Positions 9,633-18,383 of a stretch of 64,000 nt of DNA are shown in pieces (the stretch's first letter is position 1; each line of letters starts with the position of its first letter). Position numbers and translations under genes: made by a program. Under the pieces are notes generated by a model that saw only the letters and a program-made list of their open reading frames with translations, was not told where the DNA came from and did no database searches. The stretch lies in NCBI GenBank assembly GCA_041178185.1, contig JBEGVS010000065.1, positions 20,615 to 84,614 of the forward strand, in the 5' to 3' direction. This DNA comes from Pseudomonadota bacterium (GTDB taxonomy: Bacteria; Bdellovibrionota_C; UBA2361; OMII01).

Positions 9633-10943
9633 TTGAAACATTACGAGTCTTGGGGCCGATACCCCAAAATACGGGATCAAAAAGTTATACGAATGCCGTC
9701 CCCGAGAGGCTCCCTGCCTCTTCCGGATGATGAGCGCAGCGTACTGCCGTACGGACTTGGGCGCAGCTACGGCGATAGCTGCATCAATGACAACAACGCT
9801 ATCATCGACACCTCCGCGCTTTCTCACCTGATCGCCTTTGATTCAGGATCCGGACTCCTGCGTGCTGAGAGCGGTGTCAGTCTAGCAACAATTCTCCAGG
9901 TATTCGTGCCGAAGGGCTGGTTCCTCCCCGTTACCCCCGGGACCAAATTTGTGACCCTCGGCGGAGCGATCGCTAACGATATTCACGGCAAGAACCACCA
10001 CCGGGCGGGAACGTTCGGTCGTCATGTCTCTCAGTTTGGCTTGTTGCGATCAAACGGTGAACATCTGACCTGCTCCCCAACTCACAACCGAGAGCTGTTC
10101 GCTGCGACCATCGGAGGGCTTGGCCTGACGGGACTTATTACGTGGGTCGAACTTACACTAACGCCCATCAAATCACCCTATCTTGATACCCGCACCATCA
10201 AGTTCCGCAACCTTGATGAGTTCGTAGATATCTCCCGTGAGAACGACCCGATCTACGACTACAGCGTTTCGTGGGTAGATTGCACCACCGAAGGTGATCA
10301 GTTAGGTCGTGGACTCTTCATGGCCGGCAACTTCTCGGAGCGAACCAAGAGCCGTCAGCCCCTATCACTCGCGATCCCCTTTCCCTGCCAAGCCCCTTCG
10401 TGGCTCCTCAACTCATACTTCATGAGAAGCTTCAACACCCTCTACTACAATAAGCAATTGAGTCGAACTGTCGACGCGCTGACGCACTATGAGCCATTTT
10501 TCTATCCGCTTGACGCGATCCTCAACTGGAACCGCATGTACGGCTCGCGCGGATTCTTTCAGTATCAGTTCGTGGTTCCGTTCGACGAAAAGGGAGAGAC
10601 CATCAAGGAGATCTTTCGTCGCATTACCCGCTCGAAGCGGGCATCCTTCCTAGCCGTGCTGAAAACATTCGGTGATATCGAATCTCCCGGCCTGATGTCC
10701 TTTCCGAAAAAAGGCATTACGTTAGCTTTAGACTTTCCAAACGATGGAGCGCCGACGCTCGCGCTCATGAACGAATTGGACACGATAGTTCTTGGAGCCG
10801 GGGGATCCATCTATCCAGCGAAAGACGCTCGAATGAGCCACGAAGCGTTCCTCGCATCCCATCCTCGACTCGCTGAATTTGAACCACACATGGACCCCCG
10901 TTTCTCATCAAGTTTCTGGCGTCGCGTAAGGAATAAATCATGA
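9633..10943 (+). CDS. dprE1: FAD-dependent decaprenylphosphoryl-beta-D-ribose 2'-oxidase homologue (DprE1-like)
   Basis: The N-terminal motifs SWGRYP and GLGRSYGDS match the DprE1 motifs GWGR and GLGRSYGD. The FAD_binding_4 motif LGGAIANDIHGKNHH is present. Confidence 0.8.
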   Translation: MKHYESWGRYPKIRDQKVIRMPSPRGSLPLPDDERSVLPYGLGRSYGDSCINDNNAIIDTSALSHLIAFDSGSGLLRAESGVSLATILQVFVPKGWFLPVTPGTKFVTLGGAIANDIHGKNHHRAGTFGRHVSQFGLLRSNGEHLTCSPTHNRELFAATIGGLGLTGLITWVELTLTPIKSPYLDTRTIKFRNLDEFVDISRENDPIYDYSVSWVDCTTEGDQLGRGLFMAGNFSERTKSRQPLSLAIPFPCQAPSWLLNSYFMRSFNTLYYNKQLSRTVDALTHYEPFFYPLDAILNWNRMYGSRGFFQYQFVVPFDEKGETIKEIFRRITRSKRASFLAVLKTFGDIESPGLMSFPKKGITLALDFPNDGAPTLALMNELDTIVLGAGGSIYPAKDARMSHEAFLASHPRLAEFEPHMDPRFSSSFWRRVRNKS

Positions 10944-11677
10944 ACAAGATCGTCATCATCGGAGCGACCTCTGCCGTCGCGACTGAAACCGCGAGATGTT
11001 TTGCGCTGGAGGGTGCTGAACTATTTATCGCAGCGCGTTCAGAGGACAAGCTGGAGCGACTCGCCAACGACCTACGATGTCGCGGCGCTTCTGTGGTTCA
11101 CACTGGCACTTTCAACGCTCGGGATCTCGCATCACATGACCAACTCATGGAGCTGGCCTTTCATACGTTGGGAGAGATTGACGCTGCACTTATCGCGCAT
11201 GGCGATCTACCCAATCAAAGTGAATGCCAGCGTAGCTGGCTGGAAACTGAGCAGGCCCTGACAACTAACTTTCTGAGCCCCGTAGCCTTCCTGACGTGGC
11301 TCGCCAATTATTTTGAAACGCGCGGCAAAGGAAACATTACGGTCATCTCCTCCGTGGCAGGCGATCGCGGACGTCAAAGCAACTACATTTACGGGTCCGC
11401 CAAGGGAGCTCTCTCTGTTTTCCTTCAAGGATTGAGAAATAGACTCGCCCCCCGAGGAGTGTCAGTCACCACCATTAAACCTGGCTTCATAGATACACCG
11501 ATGACAGCCGATATCAAAAAAGGACCGCTCTTTGCTTCGGCGGAGCTGGTTGGAAAACGGGTTCACAGAGCGATGAGAAAGGGGGAATCGGTCGTGTATA
11601 CCCCCTTCTTTTGGCGATTTATCATGCTCATCATCGTTCATATACCTGAGTGTATATTCAAGAAACTTAAGCTTTAA
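10940..11677 (+). CDS. dprE2: Short-chain dehydrogenase, decaprenylphosphoryl-2-keto-ribose reductase homologue (DprE2-like)
   Basis: Start/stop overlap (ATGA) couples it to the preceding gene. The sequence matches DprE2 along its whole length (RQSNYIYGSAKGAL; C-terminal WRFIMLIIVHIPECIFKKLKL). Confidence 0.8.
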   Translation: MNKIVIIGATSAVATETARCFALEGAELFIAARSEDKLERLANDLRCRGASVVHTGTFNARDLASHDQLMELAFHTLGEIDAALIAHGDLPNQSECQRSWLETEQALTTNFLSPVAFLTWLANYFETRGKGNITVISSVAGDRGRQSNYIYGSAKGALSVFLQGLRNRLAPRGVSVTTIKPGFIDTPMTADIKKGPLFASAELVGKRVHRAMRKGESVVYTPFFWRFIMLIIVHIPECIFKKLKL

Positions 11678-11952
11678 ACGTGACGATAGGCCTTGAAGGA
11701 GTGAAACGGGAGCTTAAAGACCTCTTTTCGTTCCCCGTTTCATCTCGTCCACCTTCCTCGGAGCGATATACGCCTACGACGGATTCTCACATCGATTAGC
11801 TGCAGCCACCTTTTTTCTGGAATCACCTGAGCGAGTATGGTTCCCGATATCTAGCCAACACAGCTCGCGATGAGCTTGTGCGACTTATCGCTCCGCCTCC
11901 ACACTGAATTACTGCATGAGGGGCATCGCGACCACCGATAGTGGACCACTTG

Positions 11953-12306
11953 TTAAAGGTCGTTATACTTTTTGTTGCTACCTTTAGCTTTGTCGACAGG
12001 ATACTTAGCTTCATTCCGGGCCATCTTTTGTTCGAAAGCTGCCCCTAGATCAACTCCGCTGTCGTGGGCCATCAAGAGTGTCCAATAGAGAACATCTGAA
12101 AGCTCCTCTCCGATTCTTTCCCTCAAGCTCTCTAAATTTCGAGCAACCTCAGCATCGCTCTTGAATTGAAATATCTCTCCCACCTCTCCAGCTTCAAGCA
12201 TCAGCGAGAGTGCGATATCTTTAAGCCCATGAAACTGTTTCCAGTCCCGGGCATCACGAAAGGAAACGATACGTTCGATAATCTCGTGCAGGTCTTTCAT
12301 AGACAT
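11953..12306 (-). CDS. MazG-like nucleoside triphosphate pyrophosphohydrolase (small all-alpha NTP-PPase)
   Basis: MazG-family EEXXE-type motifs are present (LMLEAGEVGEIFQ, EELSDVLYWTLLMA). Confidence 0.65.
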   Translation of the reverse strand: MSMKDLHEIIERIVSFRDARDWKQFHGLKDIALSLMLEAGEVGEIFQFKSDAEVARNLESLRERIGEELSDVLYWTLLMAHDSGVDLGAAFEQKMARNEAKYPVDKAKGSNKKYNDL

Positions 12307-12444
12307 CCTTGATCAGTCCCCGAAGCCTACTACGCAGGCCCCCTTTTTTCCAAGGATTTGTGAGGTCATACCTATGCTCCGCCACATGGACTCGCCCCTT
12401 GAGGTGTCGGCGATAATGTCTGGGTTGGATTGTCCGCGTTTCGA

Positions 12445-13446
12445 CTAGATCGAGGTGGTCGCCACACCAGCGGGATTAGTGGGAAGGACAAACGCATCCA
12501 TTCGGAGCGCCCACTCATACGAGAGCTTCAAACCAACTTCGAGAGATATCTGTGGTTGCCAGCCTAGAGACTTTACCTTGGCTACATCGAGGACTTTTCG
12601 GGGAGTTCCATCTGGTTTCGAGGAATCAAAGACGATCTCCCCCTTGAAGCCAACAACCTTCGCCATGGTATAGGCGAGCTCGCGGATCGTTACGTCCTCA
12701 CCTGTGCCTACATTCAAAAACTCGGGCTCACTATAGCTCTCCATGACTGTGAGAGCAGCCTCTGCGAAATCATCAGCATAGAGGAATTCACGTCGGGGCG
12801 CGCCTGTTCCCCATACGGTGACGCTGGGAGCTCCTGTACGAGTCGCCTCGTGAAATCTCCGCATCATTCCCGGAATAACGTGTGAGTGGTCGGGATGAAA
12901 ATTGTCGTTGGGGCCATACATGTTCGTCGGCATAACCGAAATGAAGCACTTTCCATACTGAGTATAGAACTTCTCACACAACTTGAGGCCAGCGATCTTT
13001 GCAATAGCATATCCCTCGTTGGTCGGCTCAAGTGGCCCCGAGAGAAGCGCCTCTTCCGGGATCGGTTGAGGCGAGAACTTAGGATAGATACATGAGCTGC
13101 CAAGATAGAGGAGCTTCTTCACATCATAGAGGGCAGCGGCCTGTATGACATTCGCTGAGATCATCAGGTTCTCGTAGAGGAAATCAGCCTGATGAAGAGA
13201 GTTATGAAGAATGCCTCCTACCTTCGCCGCGCAGACGAAGACAAAATCGATCTTCTCCTCCTTAAAGAAGTTTTGAACAGCCGCTTGGTCAAGTAGGTCA
13301 AGTTCAGAGCGAGCTCTCACGATGAGGTTCTTGAATCCATAGGACTTCAGCCGCCGGACGATGGCAGAACCGACGAGGCCTTTATGCCCAGCCACGAAGA
13401 TACGGGCGTCGTGTGTAAGTGTAGAAAAGACCCTAAGAGAACCCAT
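12445..13446 (-). CDS. fcl: GDP-L-fucose synthase (GDP-4-keto-6-deoxymannose 3,5-epimerase/4-reductase)
   Basis: Fcl signature RIFVAGHKGLVGSAIVRRL, SSCIYPKFSPQPIPEE, Y-x3-K (YAIAKIAG). The start is set at MGSL (13446); the ORF track extends to 13485. Confidence 0.85.
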   Translation of the reverse strand: MGSLRVFSTLTHDARIFVAGHKGLVGSAIVRRLKSYGFKNLIVRARSELDLLDQAAVQNFFKEEKIDFVFVCAAKVGGILHNSLHQADFLYENLMISANVIQAAALYDVKKLLYLGSSCIYPKFSPQPIPEEALLSGPLEPTNEGYAIAKIAGLKLCEKFYTQYGKCFISVMPTNMYGPNDNFHPDHSHVIPGMMRRFHEATRTGAPSVTVWGTGAPRREFLYADDFAEAALTVMESYSEPEFLNVGTGEDVTIRELAYTMAKVVGFKGEIVFDSSKPDGTPRKVLDVAKVKSLGWQPQISLEVGLKLSYEWALRMDAFVLPTNPAGVATTSI

Positions 13447-13681
13447 GCTCCCTATTAGATGGAGGGCCACGTCCTTCAGATTCACCCCTGTCTGAAATAG
13501 GGATAAACTGTCGGTTTTTTCAGGTTTTTTAGGGGCTTAGGTGACTATTTGAGCGATAGTACCCCATACTCTTACTAGGGTCTCGAATACCCTTCGTATG
13601 GGCACCTCCCGGCGATACGGTTTTTTCGAGATAGCTGTGAGGCACATCGAGCGATGCTCACCGTACTTCGGCGCACCCTTT

Positions 13682-13706
13682 GCGAGCCTTGCACCTCAAG
13701 GCTCGC
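13682..13706. other. 9-bp stem hairpin (gcgagcctt-gcacctc-aaggctcgc) in the fcl / lipoprotein divergent intergenic region
   Basis: Inverted repeat read directly. Confidence 0.25.
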
Positions 13707-13788
13707 CAGGGGTGTGGCGAAAGGCTCTCGGTTGAGTCCTATCGCGCGCATCCTCCCTATGGGGAGCTTCTATAGTAGAGGATGAACG

Positions 13789-14055
13789 ATGACTAAGTTT
13801 TTCGGCTTGGCGACGGTTGTAAGTGGATCGGTATGTATCTTGAGCGGATGTCAGACAACGGCGCAGCATGCTCCGCCCCCCTGTCCTCCTCCGGCTCCGG
13901 CTTTCTCACCGCCCCTTCTGCAACACTACTCAGGCCCTCAAACCTCCTCAGGTCCGGCACTCGAAACGGAGCCACCTCCTTTGGCTATTCCCAAGAAGGT
14001 ATCCGCTCCAGATTCGAAGCCGATCGACCCTCCTAAACTCGACCGCGTCGCGTAA
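13789..14055 (+). CDS. Small proline-rich lipoprotein
   Basis: Signal peptide with an LSGC lipobox. A Pro-rich low-complexity tail follows. Confidence 0.45.
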   Translation: MTKFFGLATVVSGSVCILSGCQTTAQHAPPPCPPPAPAFSPPLLQHYSGPQTSSGPALETEPPPLAIPKKVSAPDSKPIDPPKLDRVA

Positions 14056-14074
14056 AGGAGTGGTTTAATGACTT

Positions 14075-14130
14075 GGGCACCTCACAGCACACGATCGAAA
14101 TTTTTCGAGCGTTTTTGCTATGAGGTGCCC
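14075..14130. terminator. Long hairpin with 10-bp perfect arms (gggcacctca / tgaggtgccc) and a nested tcgaaa/tttcga stem. It lies between convergent genes.
   Basis: The inverted repeat was read directly. No classic U-tract follows. Confidence 0.3.
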
Positions 14131-14250
14131 TTCCTTTATATATCCACAAAAATGACGGTGCGGTGGTGTAACCGCATTCGGCCTTTCAGAGGTCGATAGA
14201 CATACTCGATAACGCTCACGGGGCGGAAGCGTACGGCTACCTGTACGGAT

Positions 14251-14742
14251 CTATAATTCCAGTAAGAAGCGAATCTGCTTCACGAGCAAACTATCGGCTC
14301 TGAATTTTTCACAAAACATATCGGCTCCCTTCTCCAGTGCTGAGAATTCGAGATCCTCACCGCAGGCGGTCAGCACGATCACGGGCACCTCTTGGGTGTT
14401 CCACTCAGCATCCATCCGACGTAACGCTTTGACAAAGTCAAACCCGTTCATGTTTGGCATTTTGTAATCCGCAACGATGACGTTAAATGGTCGCTCCTCT
14501 GCGAGGTGCAGCGCTTGCTCCGCTGAGTCAGCCGTGATTACCTTGTAACCAGCGCGCTCTACCATTAGTTGAAGCATGCTGAGCTGATCAGGGTCGTCAT
14601 CAATTATCAGCACCGAGTTCTGTCGCGGTTTTTTCGGTTTCACGTCGTAGGCATATTCCCACTCACTCGCGACCTGCTCACCGTCTACACCAAAGCCATC
14701 TCGTGAATCGCCATTTCTTTTACTTCCGCGTGCGTGCCCCAT
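14251..14742 (-). CDS. Single-domain response regulator (CheY-like receiver) with an N-terminal extension
   Basis: The receiver (REC) motifs VLIIDDD, D..MP, VIVLTA and K are present. Confidence 0.75.
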   Translation of the reverse strand: MGHARGSKRNGDSRDGFGVDGEQVASEWEYAYDVKPKKPRQNSVLIIDDDPDQLSMLQLMVERAGYKVITADSAEQALHLAEERPFNVIVADYKMPNMNGFDFVKALRRMDAEWNTQEVPVIVLTACGEDLEFSALEKGADMFCEKFRADSLLVKQIRFLLEL

Positions 14743-15240
14743 ATCGATACTCCCGTGATAACCGTACGTGTCGTAGCACTGCCGGAGTCTGGTCCACCCT
14801 CAGTGCCTCACACACTAGCATCGGCAGCAGCCCCCCTTTTCTTTCGGAACTATCGCCTTTTTTGAGGGAGGAATCCGTTTTTCAGCGGCCAAACGTGCCG
14901 TCCCCGCCCGAGTTGATTTGAGGGCTGGAGTCCGTGACGAACACATCAAGAGACCCGGGATATAGTATCTATCCTACTGTTTTCACAGGCCTTTGGCTGG
15001 GGTCGGCGCCCAAGAGGTCCCCGCCAACCGATGAGCTCAAGCGATCGTATATCCAAGGGGGCACAACCACCCTACGAGGTTTTCGTACCTGAGGGGGCGG
15101 AACTACCCCTCCTGAGTCCTTCGTAGAGGGTCCTTCAATCGGCCAACCGATACGATTCGGAACGTGCCCACACATGATACCTCTCGTCGGTCCTCGTAGG
15201 AGCAACGGGACACTATAACTTCCAGAGCGTTCGCACAGAG

Positions 15241-15402
15241 ATGCCCGAAAAAGATGATCGCGCCAGCGGAGCCTGCATGCTAAAAAAGTACAGCCCCGAG
15301 ATGGCTGAGATACGCTCTATCGTCGTGCATAGAGAACACCGTGGCGATGGTGGTGAAAGGGCCTCTCTAGCTGAGGCGATCGCACAAGCTCGAGAGCGTT
15401 AG
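15241..15402 (+). pseudogene. Remnant of a GNAT N-acetyltransferase, possibly a short amino-acid N-acetyltransferase of the arg cluster. It keeps only about 53 codons of the C-terminal acetyl-CoA-binding region.
   Basis: It encodes ...SPEMAEIRSIVVHREHRGDGGERASLAEAIAQARER, which resembles the C-terminal core of a GNAT. No upstream continuation exists in any frame. It sits in a 500-bp stretch with no ORFs. Confidence 0.35.
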
Positions 15403-15511
15403 TTGCGGGAGAACTTCGTCGAGACCGCAGCTTGCGTGCACTTCGAGAGATAGACCTACGGCACATACCTCTCGTGGAAGCTTACTATCTTTTGCAACGG
15501 GCGGTAATCAC

Positions 15512-16561
15512 ATGGGAAAGAGATTTGGCATCGCAATAATTGGCGGAAGTGGATATGGCGCAGGAGAGATGATTCGTCTCCTCTCTGTCCACCCTGACAT
15601 CGAGGTGTGTAGCGTATCTTCGCGTTCCCATGTCGGCAAACCGATATCCTCGATTCACAGCCACTTGGCGGGCTTAAGCTCCCTCACCTTTGAGGAGTCC
15701 CCACGCATGGAGACCCTCAAAAGATACGACAAAAGTGCGATCGTGTTGGCAATGCCAAGTGGACTCGCAGTACCTACTGTAGAAAAACTTCTCGCGGAGA
15801 GTCTTCCTGAAACAACGGCTATACTCGATCTCTCCGGGGACCTGCGACTCACGAACCGCGCGCAGCACGAAAAGTTCTATGCCGAGGTGCCATTTGCCGA
15901 ACACATACGAAGCCGCTTCACCTATGGACTTCCCGAGGTAACAGGTACTCCATCGACAGCTCGTTTCATCACCAATCCCGGATGCCTCGCGACCGGTGCG
16001 ATTATGGCACTCGCGCCTCTGCGCGCCTTCCAGCTTGAACGAGCTATTGTAGTTGACGCCAAGACCGGAACCTCAGGGGCCGGCAGAGAGCCACAAGCAT
16101 CGATGCACCATCCCAGCCGATGTAACGATTTTACAGCCTACAAAGTTTTAGCCCATCGCCACGAACCGGAGATCCTGCAAGCCCTCGGAGACTCCTTTGC
16201 AAACAACCATGACATGATGTTCGTCCCTCATTTGATTCCCACCTCTCGAGGGGAATTTATCACCGCATATGCGACCCTTCAGAAGCGCGAGAGTGAGGCG
16301 ACGGTTCGCGAGGCGTTTACGTCATTGTACAAAGACTCTCCCTTCGTGCGATTTCGTACAGCGCCACCACGCTTGGTGGACATCGTCGGCACAAATTTTT
16401 GTGACATCTGTGTGACGGTTTGAGAGCGACAAATCTGCGTCATGAGCTGTATCGACAACCTCGGAAAAGGTATGGCTGGTCAGGCGATCCAAAACCTAAA
16501 TAGCATCTTCGGACTCCCCCAAGAGCGCGGTCTTCTTCACGCGTCATTGGGTCCCGTATAG
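15512..16561 (+). pseudogene. argC: N-acetyl-gamma-glutamyl-phosphate reductase (argC) interrupted by a single in-frame TGA at 16421-16423. Reading through it gives a full-length ArgC of about 349 aa.
   Basis: The 303-aa N-terminal ORF carries GIAIIGGSGYGAGE and the catalytic-Cys motif NPGCLATG. The same frame continues after the TGA with ...[24 protein letters not shown], the conserved ArgC C-terminus. There is no frameshift. Confidence 0.7.
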
Positions 16562-16570
16562 GAGCAAGCC

Positions 16571-17416
16571 ATGAGTGAACATTTACTATCGACGATAACC
16601 TCCTCATATCCCCGAATTGAAGCGCTGAGGGGAAAGACCGTCCTCGTTAAGTACGGCGGGGCGGCCATGGAGGACGAGAGAACTCGACACCTCGTGTGTC
16701 AGGAGGTTGCGGCGCTCCACGAACTGGGGGTCAAGCTCATCGTTGTTCACGGTGGAGGGAAGGAGATATCCCGCATGATGGAGCGCGTCGGGCTGATCCC
16801 GCGATTTATAGATGGACTCCGAGTTACCGATCCCGATGCTATGAGGATCACGGAGATGGTTCTCTCCGGCACCATTAACGGAGACCTGGTGTCTCGAATT
16901 TCCCGCTCGGGGGCGCCGGCCCTAGGCCTAAGCGGACGGGACGCTCACCTCATTGAGGCGAAAAAACTCTTGGGAACAAACGGCGAGGATTTGGGTCAGA
17001 CGGGAGAGGTCACCGCCACGAACGCGTCCCCTATTCTCACAGTGCTCGAGGGAGGTTTTGTGCCTGTGATATCTCCGGTGGGCGAGACTGTGGACGGCGA
17101 ACCCCTCAATCTGAACGCGGATTACGCCGCGGCCGCTATCGCCGGGGCGCTGAAGGTAGAGAACTGCGTCTTCCTGACCGATGTTGCCGGGGTCAAGAAG
17201 GATGGTGAGGTGCAGCCCTCACTCTCCCGTAAAGAGATAGATCAACTACTGTCAAACGGCACAATCTCTGGTGGGATGATTCCAAAGGTACAGTGCGCAC
17301 TGCGCGCAGTTGAAGCGGGATGCGCTCGATCTATTATCTGCGATGCCTCTCGCCCCCTTAGCATCTCATCGGCTTTGACCGGAAGCAAAGGTAGTGGAAC
17401 GGTCCTTTCAAGGTAA
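16571..17416 (+). CDS. argB: Acetylglutamate kinase
   Basis: VLVKYGGAAM and VVHGGG motifs are present. An AGGAGC ribosome-binding site lies 5 nt upstream. Confidence 0.9.
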   Translation: MSEHLLSTITSSYPRIEALRGKTVLVKYGGAAMEDERTRHLVCQEVAALHELGVKLIVVHGGGKEISRMMERVGLIPRFIDGLRVTDPDAMRITEMVLSGTINGDLVSRISRSGAPALGLSGRDAHLIEAKKLLGTNGEDLGQTGEVTATNASPILTVLEGGFVPVISPVGETVDGEPLNLNADYAAAAIAGALKVENCVFLTDVAGVKKDGEVQPSLSRKEIDQLLSNGTISGGMIPKVQCALRAVEAGCARSIICDASRPLSISSALTGSKGSGTVLSR

Positions 17417-17589
17417 GGCTCTCTCCCGAAGCCGAGGACGGAAAGGGGCCTCGCACGCCTAGGGAGGGGCACGCAAAGCCATATTTTCCCTTCTTTGGGG
17501 GACTTATACCCGCTCTCCCATTTGCGTGAATCCTCAATTTAGCGATATTCTCCCGGGCACGTACTCCGCTTTTGTATCTGGGGATTTGT

Positions 17590-18309
17590 ATGGGCCGTAT
17601 CTTTGAAAAACGAAAAGACCGAATGTTTGCTCGCTGGGCTAAGAACGCCAAGGCGTTTACCAAGCTCGGTAAAGAGATCGCTATCTCGGTGAAACTCTCG
17701 GGGCCACATCCGGAGAGCAACCCCCGTCTCCGCATGGCGATTCAAACGGCTCGTTCCTTGAACATGCCTAAGGATCGAATTGAAGCCGCTATCAAACGCG
17801 CGAGCTCAAAGGATCAAGCAGACCTGAACGAGATCACCTATGAGGGGTTTGCTCCTCATGGAGTTGGTCTCTTTATTGAAGCCGCAACTGACAATCCTAC
17901 GCGAACCGTCGCGAATGTACGTAATATCCTCACAAAGCATGAGGGTAACCTCGCGACCACGGGAGCTCTTGAATATATCTTCGATCGCAAAGGAGTCTTT
18001 AAGATCGTTCCGCCATCGGGAGATCTTGACGAGTTAGAGCTTGACCTTATCGACCACGGACTTGAGGAGATCTTCGAGGCAGATGATGGACTGCTGATTT
18101 ACTGCAACTTTAAGCAGTTCGGAGACCTCCAGAAAGCTCTCGAGGCTCGGGGCATTGAGGTAAAGAGCGCATCTTCTCAACGAATACCTTCAAGCTACAT
18201 AAAGGTTACCGCCGACCAGGAACAGGAGATCCAAAAGATCATCGACAGACTTGAAGAGGATGACGACGTTCAGAGCGTGTTCCACAACATGCAATCAGAG
18301 GCTGAATAG
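17590..18309 (+). CDS. yebC: YebC/PmpR-family transcriptional regulator
   Basis: It matches the YebC family over its whole length (AKNAKAFTKLGKEI..., EGFAPHGVGL...). Confidence 0.8.
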   Translation: MGRIFEKRKDRMFARWAKNAKAFTKLGKEIAISVKLSGPHPESNPRLRMAIQTARSLNMPKDRIEAAIKRASSKDQADLNEITYEGFAPHGVGLFIEAATDNPTRTVANVRNILTKHEGNLATTGALEYIFDRKGVFKIVPPSGDLDELELDLIDHGLEEIFEADDGLLIYCNFKQFGDLQKALEARGIEVKSASSQRIPSSYIKVTADQEQEIQKIIDRLEEDDDVQSVFHNMQSEAE

Positions 18310-18383
18310 TAGAGCGGCACGTTCGCCGTTTGAGCGCGCCCTTTGAGACCAGCAGCTAGGTGATAGGATTCGAGCTGGAGGCT

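Noticed and set aside
15512-16561. Genome-wide UGA reassignment (code 4 or 25) as the explanation for the argC in-frame TGA
   Set aside because: Every other long conserved gene in the window (dnaB, gnd, lepA, ugd, nuoF, 1148-aa OMP) is full-length and ends at a normal stop. TGA therefore behaves as a stop elsewhere.
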